A stretch of DNA of 64,000 nucleotides from the IMG/VR virus record IMGVR_UViG_2833778570_000001, positions 14,239 to 78,238 of that record. One strand, written 5' to 3'. Positions 54,784 through 62,913 of this stretch are shown piece by piece (position 1 is the first letter of the stretch; the number at the start of each line of letters is the position of its first letter). The position numbers and the translations under genes are program-made. The DNA is from a virus. Taxonomy: Duplodnaviria; Caudoviricetes. The notes beneath the pieces were generated by a model. The model searched no databases. It was given only the letters and a program-made list of their open reading frames with translations, and was not told where the DNA came from.

Positions 54784-55263
54784 TCACCGCATCACATCCA
54801 GAGTGACTCGAATCCGCCACAGCCCCGACGCGCCCTGCCTGCCAGCCATGAGCGGCGCGAGCACCTGCGCTTTCCACTCGTCGGACGGCAGCCATGCGCC
54901 TGCGTCTCCGGCGTTGACGTCGTAGACAGCGAGGGCCAGGCCGACGCGCTTCAGGTCCACCCAGTGCGTGTGGCGGCACTGGGCGCGCTCCGGCGCGGTG
55001 TCCCACGTACCGCGGAACTGGACGAACGTCAGGCCCAGCAGGTCGCCCACCGGGAACCCCTGGTGCACATGGAAGCGCTGTGACTGCGCCGTCAGCGCAG
55101 CCTGCATCACCGTGGGCGTCGTCCATGGCTTCGGGAAGTGCGGACGAAGCCCCATGACGGGAGCGCCGAGCACCGATGCGAGCGCGCCCGGGCCGCAGTT
55201 GGCGCCCCACGTGGCGTGTGCGGCAAGGAGATCCGGAGGAGTGAAGAGGGGCGGGCAGCTCAC
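54784..55263 (-). CDS. papain-fold (C39-like) cysteine peptidase candidate
   Basis: NCGPGALA (Cys), HTHWV (His), VYDVN (Asp); GTGA coupling to the replication gene. Confidence 0.55.
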   Translation of the reverse strand: MSCPPLFTPPDLLAAHATWGANCGPGALASVLGAPVMGLRPHFPKPWTTPTVMQAALTAQSQRFHVHQGFPVGDLLGLTFVQFRGTWDTAPERAQCRHTHWVDLKRVGLALAVYDVNAGDAGAWLPSDEWKAQVLAPLMAGRQGASGLWRIRVTLDVMR

Positions 55264-56570
55264 GGGCTCACCTCCAGGGCGGCGAGGGATGCTCCGCGTG
55301 CAAGAGGCTCCACCCAGCCGGAGACGCTGTCCGTCGTGAGGCGCGGCACGTCCGCCTCCAGCCGCGCCGCGCAGGCCCGGCACAGCGGGTGCCCCCACAC
55401 CACCAGGGCGGACACCGCCCCGCATGCGGTGGCACACGGGGCGCTTGGCTCCTCACCGCGGCCGACGCTCAGCTGCGCGCGGCGACGAGCCTCCGCAGGG
55501 GACAGCTGAACCACGCCCGCGCTGCCCACCTCCGCCCCGCCCTGCCCCGGGACGTGCCGGCGCCACACCTCGGCGCCGACGAAGGCCCGGGCCGCGCACA
55601 CCGGCTGGCGAGCCTGCCCCCAGGCATCCTCCAGCCACGCCAGCCAGGCCGCGCGCAGGCGACCCTCGTCGCATCCGACGGCGGCCAGCGCGTCCGCGTA
55701 CCAGGTGGCCCAGCCCGGCGGGGGCGCTTCGGGGATGGCGCGGCCGAAGCGCCGACAGCGCTCCTCCTGCGTCCACGCGAAGAACACCTTGTCCGGACTC
55801 GGCGCGTCGTCCTCCATCCACTTCGGCCGCGCCTTGCGGACGACGGGAGCCGCCGGGACAGGGGCTGCCGCCGGGGCCGTGTCCCCTCCGGCGCGGGACA
55901 GGGGGACGGGGGACATGTCCCCGGGGACAGGGGGACAGGGGACAGGGGACACGTCGCGCGCGCTTTCAGCAGCAGCACGCTTCTTCTGTCGCTGCTTCTG
56001 CTTCTTCAACCTCTCTTTCTTTCTACGCTTTTCGTCTTTCGACGCTGCTGCTGCTTCCCCCCTCCCCCCCTTCATGTCCCCGGCTGTCCCCGGGGACAGG
56101 GGGGACATGTCCCCGGGGACAGGGGGGACAACCATGGGGACAGCGGGGAGGGACATGCTGGGGACTGCTGGCGCGGGGACGCGGAGGGACGGGGCGAGGA
56201 GCGCGACGGCTTGCACGAAGCCCGCCAGCTCCGCTTCGGCACGCAGACGGGCCTCTCGCTCGTGTTGCAGCGCCTCGTCGCAATGGGCGAGCTCGGCGCG
56301 CACCTGCTCCAGTTCGTCGGCGTGGGGGCAGGACTCGTCGCCCGGAAGCTGGAGGCCGATGTCCGGCGCGACGTCCGTGGGCGTTGGCCAGCGCGCCTCG
56401 GGCGGCAGTTCGCCGGGAATCCACCGGCCCGCCTCCTCCTCGCTGACGAGCTGGCCGGACAGCAGGCGCACCAGGCCCGGGGGCACCGGCTCCCCTTCGG
56501 CGATTTCCGGGGGCTGTGGAGGCACGGGGCGACGGCGTGGGCGGGCAGGAGGCGTGGGGCAGGTGCTCAT
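55260..56570 (-). CDS. putative replication initiator containing iteron-like repeats
   Basis: Internal GGGGACA repeat clusters around a basic KRRKKERLKKQKQRQKKR segment; position downstream of the helicase. Confidence 0.65.
   Translation of the reverse strand: MSTCPTPPARPRRRPVPPQPPEIAEGEPVPPGLVRLLSGQLVSEEEAGRWIPGELPPEARWPTPTDVAPDIGLQLPGDESCPHADELEQVRAELAHCDEALQHEREARLRAEAELAGFVQAVALLAPSLRVPAPAVPSMSLPAVPMVVPPVPGDMSPLSPGTAGDMKGGRGEAAAASKDEKRRKKERLKKQKQRQKKRAAAESARDVSPVPCPPVPGDMSPVPLSRAGGDTAPAAAPVPAAPVVRKARPKWMEDDAPSPDKVFFAWTQEERCRRFGRAIPEAPPPGWATWYADALAAVGCDEGRLRAAWLAWLEDAWGQARQPVCAARAFVGAEVWRRHVPGQGGAEVGSAGVVQLSPAEARRRAQLSVGRGEEPSAPCATACGAVSALVVWGHPLCRACAARLEADVPRLTTDSVSGWVEPLARGASLAALEVSP
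55880..56170. repeat. iteron-like cluster, probable phage replication origin
   Basis: Palindrome TGTCCCCGGGGACA at 55916, 56085 and 56108, many GGGGACA half-sites, and a T-rich spacer at 55981-56040. Confidence 0.7.
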
Positions 56571-56843
56571 GGTGTGGTGTCCTGCTCAGCAAGAAGGGGC
56601 GACGCCTCCGGCTGCGGGCAGCACGCGGGTGGGATGGGGCTGTCCACGCAGTCGGCCAGGGCCGCGACGCCGTGGCGGCAGGTGGGCCAGGGGCCGGAGT
56701 GCTTCGCGCGCACGGACTCCGAGGCGACGCGCGGCACATGGGGCGACGGCCAGCCGTCGTAGGTGACGGCGTCGCCCAGGCGGGTGGCCCCGCAGTGCTC
56801 GCAGCGCACGGCGGGCAGGCGACAGCGGCTCAAGGAGACACCC
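56567..56843 (-). CDS. small Cys-rich hypothetical protein (start uncertain)
   Basis: RCEHCG..TCRHG..CC; overlaps both neighbours. Confidence 0.4.
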
Positions 56844-57492
56844 CGGTGGCGCAGGTGTGCGGCGGGCACCCGGGCGCGGTGCAGTGCCAGGTCCGGCACG
56901 TGGAGCACTTCGTCAGCGCGCGCCGGCAACCGCACATGCGGAGGACGCGCTCGCGGAGGGAGGCAGGCTCGCGACCACCGCTGCGCGCGGCAAGGGCCTC
57001 GTAGGCGGCCCATCGTGCCTTGCCCTCCCCGACGACGGCACCCAAGGCGAGGCGCACGCGGGCCAACACCGGCGCGGGAACCTCCCACAGCACGTCCGCA
57101 GGGCCGGGCTCGCAGGCGACGGGCTCCGGCAGCGCCACTACGTCCTCAAGCCACAGGCCCGCCGGGCCCACGTACCAGCGCGACTGCCGCTCACCATCCG
57201 GCCACAGCGACACCGCGGAGACGCGCGCCACCGCCACCACCGCGCACGTCGGCAGCTCGTCCGCAGGCGGAGCGCTGACGCCCGGCCCGTGCCAGGAGGC
57301 CATCCAGTCCTTGAGTTCCGGCACGTACTCCGCCGCAGCGCACACCGCGACGTAGGCGCCCAGCACGTCCGCTGGCGGGGCGCGGTGCAAATTGAGCACC
57401 GGCGCGTTGCGGACCTGGAGGGCCCAGCACCACGGCTGGGGCGCGGTGACGCCGTAGATGGGGACACGCATGGGGGCGTCGCAGGGGCTCAT
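56830..57492 (-). CDS. ASCH-like domain protein with C-terminal Cys cluster
   Basis: VTAPQPWCWAL, AVVAVARV, SRWYVGPAGLWLEDVVALPEPVAC; paralogous to 62473-62913. Confidence 0.7.
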   Translation of the reverse strand: MSPCDAPMRVPIYGVTAPQPWCWALQVRNAPVLNLHRAPPADVLGAYVAVCAAAEYVPELKDWMASWHGPGVSAPPADELPTCAVVAVARVSAVSLWPDGERQSRWYVGPAGLWLEDVVALPEPVACEPGPADVLWEVPAPVLARVRLALGAVVGEGKARWAAYEALAARSGGREPASLRERVLRMCGCRRALTKCSTCRTWHCTAPGCPPHTCATGVSP

Positions 57493-59213
57493 GCCGCCCT
57501 CCGGTTCTTCAGGAAGGCCTCGGCCAGCTTCCGCACGCGGCCCTCGTCCGTCTCCAGCCGCTCCATGAGGCTGGCCTGCGGATCGCGGATGCCCTCCATC
57601 TGGTTGCGCTTGATGCCGAGGACGTCCGCCACCACCGGGTCGGAGCCGGAGTCGGACACCAGGAAGTACGCCATGACGGGGTCCGGCTGGCCGTCGCGGT
57701 GGACGCGGCCGCATGCCTGCTCGTGCACGCCGGGGCTCCAGTCCAGCTCGCCGAACACCACCGTGCGGCAGCAGTGCTGGAGGCCGTCGAGTCCCGCGCC
57801 CGCGCGCAGTGACATGATGAGGATGGGCGTCTGGCCCGACTTGAAGCGCTGGGCCTGCTCCTCCTTCTGCGCGGGGCTCTCCTGGCCGGTGAAGATGGCC
57901 GGGGAGTACTCCGCGAGCCGCTCGCGCCAGATGCTGTACACCTCGTGGTGCCAGCCGTAGAGCAGCACGCGCTCGCCGTTCTCCACCAGCATGCGGACGA
58001 ACTCCGCGACGAAGGGCGCCTTCGCGATGCCCGTGGCCTGCCGCAGGCGCCAGGACAGCTCCCCAGACGCGTGGAGCCGCTCCTCGGGCTTCACCCCGCC
58101 CTGAGCGAGGATGATGCGGGCGAGCTCCGCGGCCTTGTCCTGCACCTCGTCGAGCACCCGCGTGTCCGACTCCACGGTGTGCACGTCGCGTGAGAGGGAC
58201 GGCAGCTCCCGCCCGACGTCCTGCCGCGTGCGGCGCAGCATGAGTCCCGCGTCTCGCAGGTACGTGCCGAAGGCGCGCGGGTCCTTGAAGTTGAGCTTCT
58301 CGTCCACGCCGGTGCACCACTCCCGGCTGAACTCCTCGCGCGTCCCCAGCACCCCGGGCTTGAGGGCGTCGAGGACGTGAAACATCTCCCCGCCGTAGTT
58401 GTAAATGGGGGTGGCGGACAGGCCGATGACGAAGGGCGTGCGCTCCGCCAGGTAGTGGGCGGCCCGGTACTTGTCCGACTCGGGCCCACGCCGCAGCTCC
58501 TGGCACTCGTCAAAGACGATGGAGCGCACACCCGCGTTGGCCAGCGTGTCCGCCCAGCCCGACAGCTTGTGGTAGTTGAGAATGAGGACGTCGGGCCAGG
58601 GCAGCTTCCGCCCGCCGCGCCCGCGGGTGACGTCCTCCGGCGTCGCGCGCTTCGCCACGTGCACGCGCAGACGCGGGAGGAAGCGTGCCAGCTCACGCTG
58701 CCACTGCCGGGGCAGGTGCGTCAGCGTCACCACCACGGCGGGCAGCGTGCGCGTGTCAGTGAAGCCCGTCAGCGCGGAGGCCGTCTTCCCCAGGCCCACG
58801 TCATCCGCCAGCAGTAGGCGCTGCAGGCGCAGCCACATGTCCGCCGCCTTCCGCTGGTACTCGCGGGGCGGGACATTCATCGCGAAGTCGGGCGCCTGGT
58901 ACTCGGCGGCCAGCAACTCCGCCACCTGCGCTTCACGCCGGGCGTGCTCGCGCGCACCGCGCCGGAGGAAGGCCTGGGCCTCCTTCCCCACCACCTCCAT
59001 GGGGTAGCGCTCCAGGAACCACTCCAGCTCGCGCGCTGTCTCCGCGGTGGCGGCCAGGAGGACTTCGCCGACGTCGCCCTTGTTGATGCGGTCGAAGACG
59101 CGCTTCAGGCGCACGGCGACGTGGGGCTCCGCCTGCACCACCCACGCGGGCCGCTCACCACCGCGGCTGCCCAGCTTCCGCGCCTCCAGGCGCACCGTCC
59201 CGAACGTCTTCAC
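57489..59213 (-). CDS. SNF2-family (SF2) helicase
   Basis: LLADDVGLGKT, FDECQ, LSATP, GLDGLQ, Q..GRVHRDGQ. Confidence 0.92.
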   Translation of the reverse strand: MKTFGTVRLEARKLGSRGGERPAWVVQAEPHVAVRLKRVFDRINKGDVGEVLLAATAETARELEWFLERYPMEVVGKEAQAFLRRGAREHARREAQVAELLAAEYQAPDFAMNVPPREYQRKAADMWLRLQRLLLADDVGLGKTASALTGFTDTRTLPAVVVTLTHLPRQWQRELARFLPRLRVHVAKRATPEDVTRGRGGRKLPWPDVLILNYHKLSGWADTLANAGVRSIVFDECQELRRGPESDKYRAAHYLAERTPFVIGLSATPIYNYGGEMFHVLDALKPGVLGTREEFSREWCTGVDEKLNFKDPRAFGTYLRDAGLMLRRTRQDVGRELPSLSRDVHTVESDTRVLDEVQDKAAELARIILAQGGVKPEERLHASGELSWRLRQATGIAKAPFVAEFVRMLVENGERVLLYGWHHEVYSIWRERLAEYSPAIFTGQESPAQKEEQAQRFKSGQTPILIMSLRAGAGLDGLQHCCRTVVFGELDWSPGVHEQACGRVHRDGQPDPVMAYFLVSDSGSDPVVADVLGIKRNQMEGIRDPQASLMERLETDEGRVRKLAEAFLKNRRAA

Positions 59214-59593
59214 AGCAGGCCTCCCCTCAGCACAGCTACGCGCACGGGCTTGCCCTGCATGAGGGCCGGCAAGCTGTCGTGGCGGCTGCGGGTGGTGACG
59301 AGCAGGAGGGCGTGGATGTCCTCCCGCTCCGCGTAGCGAAGAAGCTGGCGGGTGACCTCGGACAGGCCCCCGTCCACCTTCACTTCGAGGCCCACGTGGG
59401 CCTCCGTCAGCAGGAAGTCGATGCGGCCCGCCTCCCCCAGCCGCACCTCACGCTCGAAGGGGATGCCCGCCTCCGTCAGCACCTGGGCAAGCGCCTCCTG
59501 AAGGAGGGCCTCCCCAGCGCAGCGGAAGCGGTGGCGGGTGACGAGGGCGCGCACCTGCTCCAGCGCCGTCATGGCGAGCGTGGGCGCGCTCAC
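59210..59593 (-). CDS. small PD-(D/E)xK nuclease
   Basis: FEREV..GRIDFL..VGLEVK..RQLLRY. Confidence 0.75.
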   Translation of the reverse strand: MSAPTLAMTALEQVRALVTRHRFRCAGEALLQEALAQVLTEAGIPFEREVRLGEAGRIDFLLTEAHVGLEVKVDGGLSEVTRQLLRYAEREDIHALLLVTTRSRHDSLPALMQGKPVRVAVLRGGLL

Positions 59594-61833
59594 GCCGCGT
59601 ACCCCTCGAAGCCCGGGCGGAACCAGAAGTCGCTCACCAGCGACCAGCCGTGGCCCAGCTTCGACTTCAGCGCGGCGAGGAGCTGCTCCTCCTGCCACAC
59701 GAGGGCACCGCCCGCGGGGATGCCGTCCCCCACCATGCTGCGCACGCGCGCGTCGCTGGAGGAGACGAACTCCAGCGGCTGCCCGTCCACCACCGGGGGC
59801 AGGCCCTGGAGGACGGCCAGTTCCAGCGTCGTGAGGGGTCGGTGCCAGCAGCCCGACAGCGGGGAGAGGATGGCCGGGGCCAGCGCGCCCTTGGGCGGCT
59901 CCCAGCCCTCGGCGAGCAGCGCCAGGGCCAGGTGGATGCTGATGACGGGCCGGGGCGCGGGGCGCGGATCCGCGATGGCTGCGGAGCCGTTGTCCACCTG
60001 GAGGCTGCCCGTCACGGTGCGCGCGGGCTGGTCCCACTCCAGCACGCCGTAGAAGCCGTTGCGGCAGGTGGGGCCGACGCCCAGCGCGTCGAGCGCCGCC
60101 GCCGCGCGCGAGTCCGCGAGCGCGGCCGGCGTGTTGCTGCTGCTCACCGTCGCGGAGCCGGAGACGGTGGGCGCCGGGGCATGCTCGTCCATGACTCCGA
60201 AGAGGCCGGGGCGGCCCGCGTAGGTGCCCGCGCCCGTGGCCGTCTGGCCCAGGCCGACGAGCTCCAGGACGCGCTGGTCCGCCACCGAGGGCGCGCCGCT
60301 GCCCGGGCGTGAGGCGGCCGTCACCGTGCCCGACGGGCTGCCCCATCCCGTCACCGCGTACTTGTTCCGGTGGCGCAGCGGGTTGTCCGTCCCCATGGCG
60401 ATGCCGTCCAGCCGTGGGTCCGCCACCGAGACGGGCGTGCTGCCGCCGGAGACGTATGGCATGCCGATGACGGTGCCCGCGGGCTCGCGCCAGTCGATGA
60501 CGCCGCAGGTCCCCGCGCGGCCGTCAGCGCGCAGGGCCAGCGCATCCAGGGGGCGGGCGTCGGCCACCACGGGCGCACCGGCCTGGACGTCCGTCGCGCC
60601 CGTCACCGTCCTGCCCGGAGCACTCCAGTCCTGCACGCGGTACTGGTCCGCGAAGCGTTCGCCGCGAGCGTGCGTGAGGGCCACCCCCTCCAGCGCGCGC
60701 GGGTCAGCCACGGCCGCGCCGCCGTTGTCGTGCCGGGCGACGCCGCGCACCGTGGGTGCCGGCCCGTCCCAGGCCGTCACGCCCGCCGCGCCCCGTCGCG
60801 GGGAATGCCCGAGCCCGAGCGCGTCCAGGGGACGCGGGTCCTCGACTGCGCACAGCCCCGCCCCCCCGGGCCCGGCTACTGTGGGCGCCGGCTCCGCCCA
60901 GGCCTGCACCGGGTGCCGACGGTGCACCTCGCGGCGCTGCTGGCCCTGCTGCACGGGCGTGCCGAGCTGCTCTTCCACCAGGTCGCGGAAGGGGCTCGTG
61001 TCCACGCCCGCCGGCCACAGTCCGCGCGCCTCCAGCCACGCCACCACGCCCCCGCGGGGCGGCAGGTCCCGCCAGTCCCCGCCCGGAGGCACCAGCGCCA
61101 GGCGCACCGCGTTCAGCCACTCGATGCGCGGCAGCTTGTGGTGCTTCCCCGCGCGCGGGTCGTCCGGGAACGGCAGCGGACCCAGCACCTCGCCCACGCC
61201 GCGCAGGCGCTTCTTGCTGGGCATCGCCACCGGCACCGGGCAGCGCTTCGCGTCGCGCCAGCAGATGGTGAGGCGCTGGCGGCGCTGGGCCAGCCCAGCC
61301 TCCTCGCCCAGGTCGTGCTCGACGACGGACACCTCGTAGCCCGCGCGGCGGCCCAGGCGCAGCACCTCCGCGAGGTTCTCCGGGCAGCGGTGCCGGTACG
61401 CCGGCACGTTCTCGATGACGACCATGACGGGGCGCTCGTCGCCCTTCCAAGCCGCCAGCACCTTGCGCGCGGCCTTCACCGCGAGCCGGTTCATGTCCTG
61501 GTACTTCTTCGTCGCCGCACGCTCCTTCGAGGTGAGCCGGGAGGCGCCCTTGCACGGGGGCGACCACTTCATGAAGTACGGGGCACGCGGGCCGAAGAAG
61601 GCACGCAGCTCGCGCGGACGCATGCGTCCGATGTCCGCGCAGAGGGACTTCGCGCCCGTCAGCTTCGTGAACGTGTCGCAGCGCTCCTGCTCGAAGTCGA
61701 TGCCGCCCACGTTGCGGACCGTCGCGCGGTGGCCGTCCACCTCCACCTGGGCGCAGTCCGCGCCGTACGCGCCGACGCCCGCGCCGCAGAAGAGGTATCC
61801 GACGGTGAACTCGTGCTCCTGGATGCAGCTCAT
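59590..61833 (-). CDS. DNA cytosine-5 methyltransferase with tandemly repeated variable region
   Basis: LFCGAG (I), SPPC (IV), IENV (VI), QRRQR (VIII), RPLTTLELAVLQG (IX), VGDGIP (X). Confidence 0.88.
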   Translation of the reverse strand: MSCIQEHEFTVGYLFCGAGVGAYGADCAQVEVDGHRATVRNVGGIDFEQERCDTFTKLTGAKSLCADIGRMRPRELRAFFGPRAPYFMKWSPPCKGASRLTSKERAATKKYQDMNRLAVKAARKVLAAWKGDERPVMVVIENVPAYRHRCPENLAEVLRLGRRAGYEVSVVEHDLGEEAGLAQRRQRLTICWRDAKRCPVPVAMPSKKRLRGVGEVLGPLPFPDDPRAGKHHKLPRIEWLNAVRLALVPPGGDWRDLPPRGGVVAWLEARGLWPAGVDTSPFRDLVEEQLGTPVQQGQQRREVHRRHPVQAWAEPAPTVAGPGGAGLCAVEDPRPLDALGLGHSPRRGAAGVTAWDGPAPTVRGVARHDNGGAAVADPRALEGVALTHARGERFADQYRVQDWSAPGRTVTGATDVQAGAPVVADARPLDALALRADGRAGTCGVIDWREPAGTVIGMPYVSGGSTPVSVADPRLDGIAMGTDNPLRHRNKYAVTGWGSPSGTVTAASRPGSGAPSVADQRVLELVGLGQTATGAGTYAGRPGLFGVMDEHAPAPTVSGSATVSSSNTPAALADSRAAAALDALGVGPTCRNGFYGVLEWDQPARTVTGSLQVDNGSAAIADPRPAPRPVISIHLALALLAEGWEPPKGALAPAILSPLSGCWHRPLTTLELAVLQGLPPVVDGQPLEFVSSSDARVRSMVGDGIPAGGALVWQEEQLLAALKSKLGHGWSLVSDFWFRPGFEGYAA

Positions 61834-61976
61834 GGACGGCTCCGGACGACAGCGACGGCGCCGAGCGCCGCGAAGAGGGAGAGGGCGACGAAGAGAAAGG
61901 CGCCCACGCGCGGCTCCGCGCGGGCGACGAGGTAGCCAGCGCACGTACCGGTCAGGAGGAAGCGCGTCGGGCTCAC
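61830..61976 (-). CDS. 48-aa membrane peptide
   Basis: GTGA/ATGA overlaps; hydrophobic segments. Confidence 0.45.
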   Translation of the reverse strand: MSPTRFLLTGTCAGYLVARAEPRVGAFLFVALSLFAALGAVAVVRSRP

Positions 61977-62476
61977 GACAGCGCCTCCCGGTAGAGCTGC
62001 GGCCGCAGGTGCCCAGCGAGGTACAGCGGATGCCGGGGCTCGCCCGCGCCGGTGAGCGCGAGCGCATGCACCGGGTGGTACCGGCACAGGAGCGCCAGCA
62101 CCGCGGGCGCGCGCTGGGGCACCAGCCGGTGAGCGCCCCAGGCTCCGACGATGAGGGAGGCCTCGCGCGCGGCGGACTCAAGGGCCGCGTCGTTGAGCGG
62201 GCCCACCGCATCCTTCGCGGGCATCAGGTCCGCCGGGTCGGTGGCCCTGAAGGCGAACAGGTTGCAGAGCGTGAGCGCCCCGTAGCCCCAGGCCTGCGCG
62301 AAGGCCACGCAGCGGCGCAGCGTCGGATCGTCCTGCTGCCCATCGGCAACGGACGGGTTTAACATCACGAAGAGGACGCGGCGGTCATCCATCGCGGACC
62401 AGCGGCGCCAGAGGCGGTACCGGTACAGGCCGCACTCGCTCAGCGTGGCGCCGGCATCCAGGTAGCGGAGCGTCAT
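61973..62476 (-). CDS. DUF1643 family protein
   Basis: YRYRLWRRW..FVMLNPSVAD..DDPT.RRC..FA..WGYG..NLFA.RATDP..AWG..PRHPLY. Confidence 0.85.
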   Translation of the reverse strand: MTLRYLDAGATLSECGLYRYRLWRRWSAMDDRRVLFVMLNPSVADGQQDDPTLRRCVAFAQAWGYGALTLCNLFAFRATDPADLMPAKDAVGPLNDAALESAAREASLIVGAWGAHRLVPQRAPAVLALLCRYHPVHALALTGAGEPRHPLYLAGHLRPQLYREALS

Positions 62477-62913
62477 CGAGCCGCCCCCTGCGCGACCGAC
62501 CACGCGGCGCGCACCAGGCGGAGGACGTCATCGGGCAGCACCCACAGCCCCTGGGCGCCGCGGCAGGCCACGGGCTGGATAGGCGTCCTATCCGCGAGCC
62601 ACAGCCCCGTCTCGCCCATGTACCAGCGGCTGGGACGGAAGGCCGTCTTGCGCGTCACCGCCTCCACGCGCGCGACGCCGATGATGGCGCCGGCCGGGTG
62701 CTCTGCCTCCGTCGGCACGCGGAGCCCGAACTCAGACGCCATGGCGTCGGCGTTGTCCTGGTCCCACGTCTTCCCGTTGTGGATGGCGAGCCACGAGCCG
62801 ACAGGAGGCGCTGGGAAGCGCGGGCCCCGGTTCTCCACGTCCTTATCGGCATGGACGACCGCCCATCCCCAGGGCCGCCAGAGAGTGATTCCGCGGATCC
62901 GAACCTCACCCAC
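62473..62913 (-). CDS. ASCH domain protein
   Basis: ITLWRPWGWAVVH..KDVENR..LAIH.GK, GAIIGVA, CRGAQGLW. Confidence 0.85.
   Translation of the reverse strand: MGEVRIRGITLWRPWGWAVVHADKDVENRGPRFPAPPVGSWLAIHNGKTWDQDNADAMASEFGLRVPTEAEHPAGAIIGVARVEAVTRKTAFRPSRWYMGETGLWLADRTPIQPVACRGAQGLWVLPDDVLRLVRAAWSVAQGAAR

Noticed and set aside
55880-56170. CRISPR array
   Set aside because: Repeats are short, irregularly spaced and inside a coding region; no cas genes. No CRISPR-like array was seen elsewhere either
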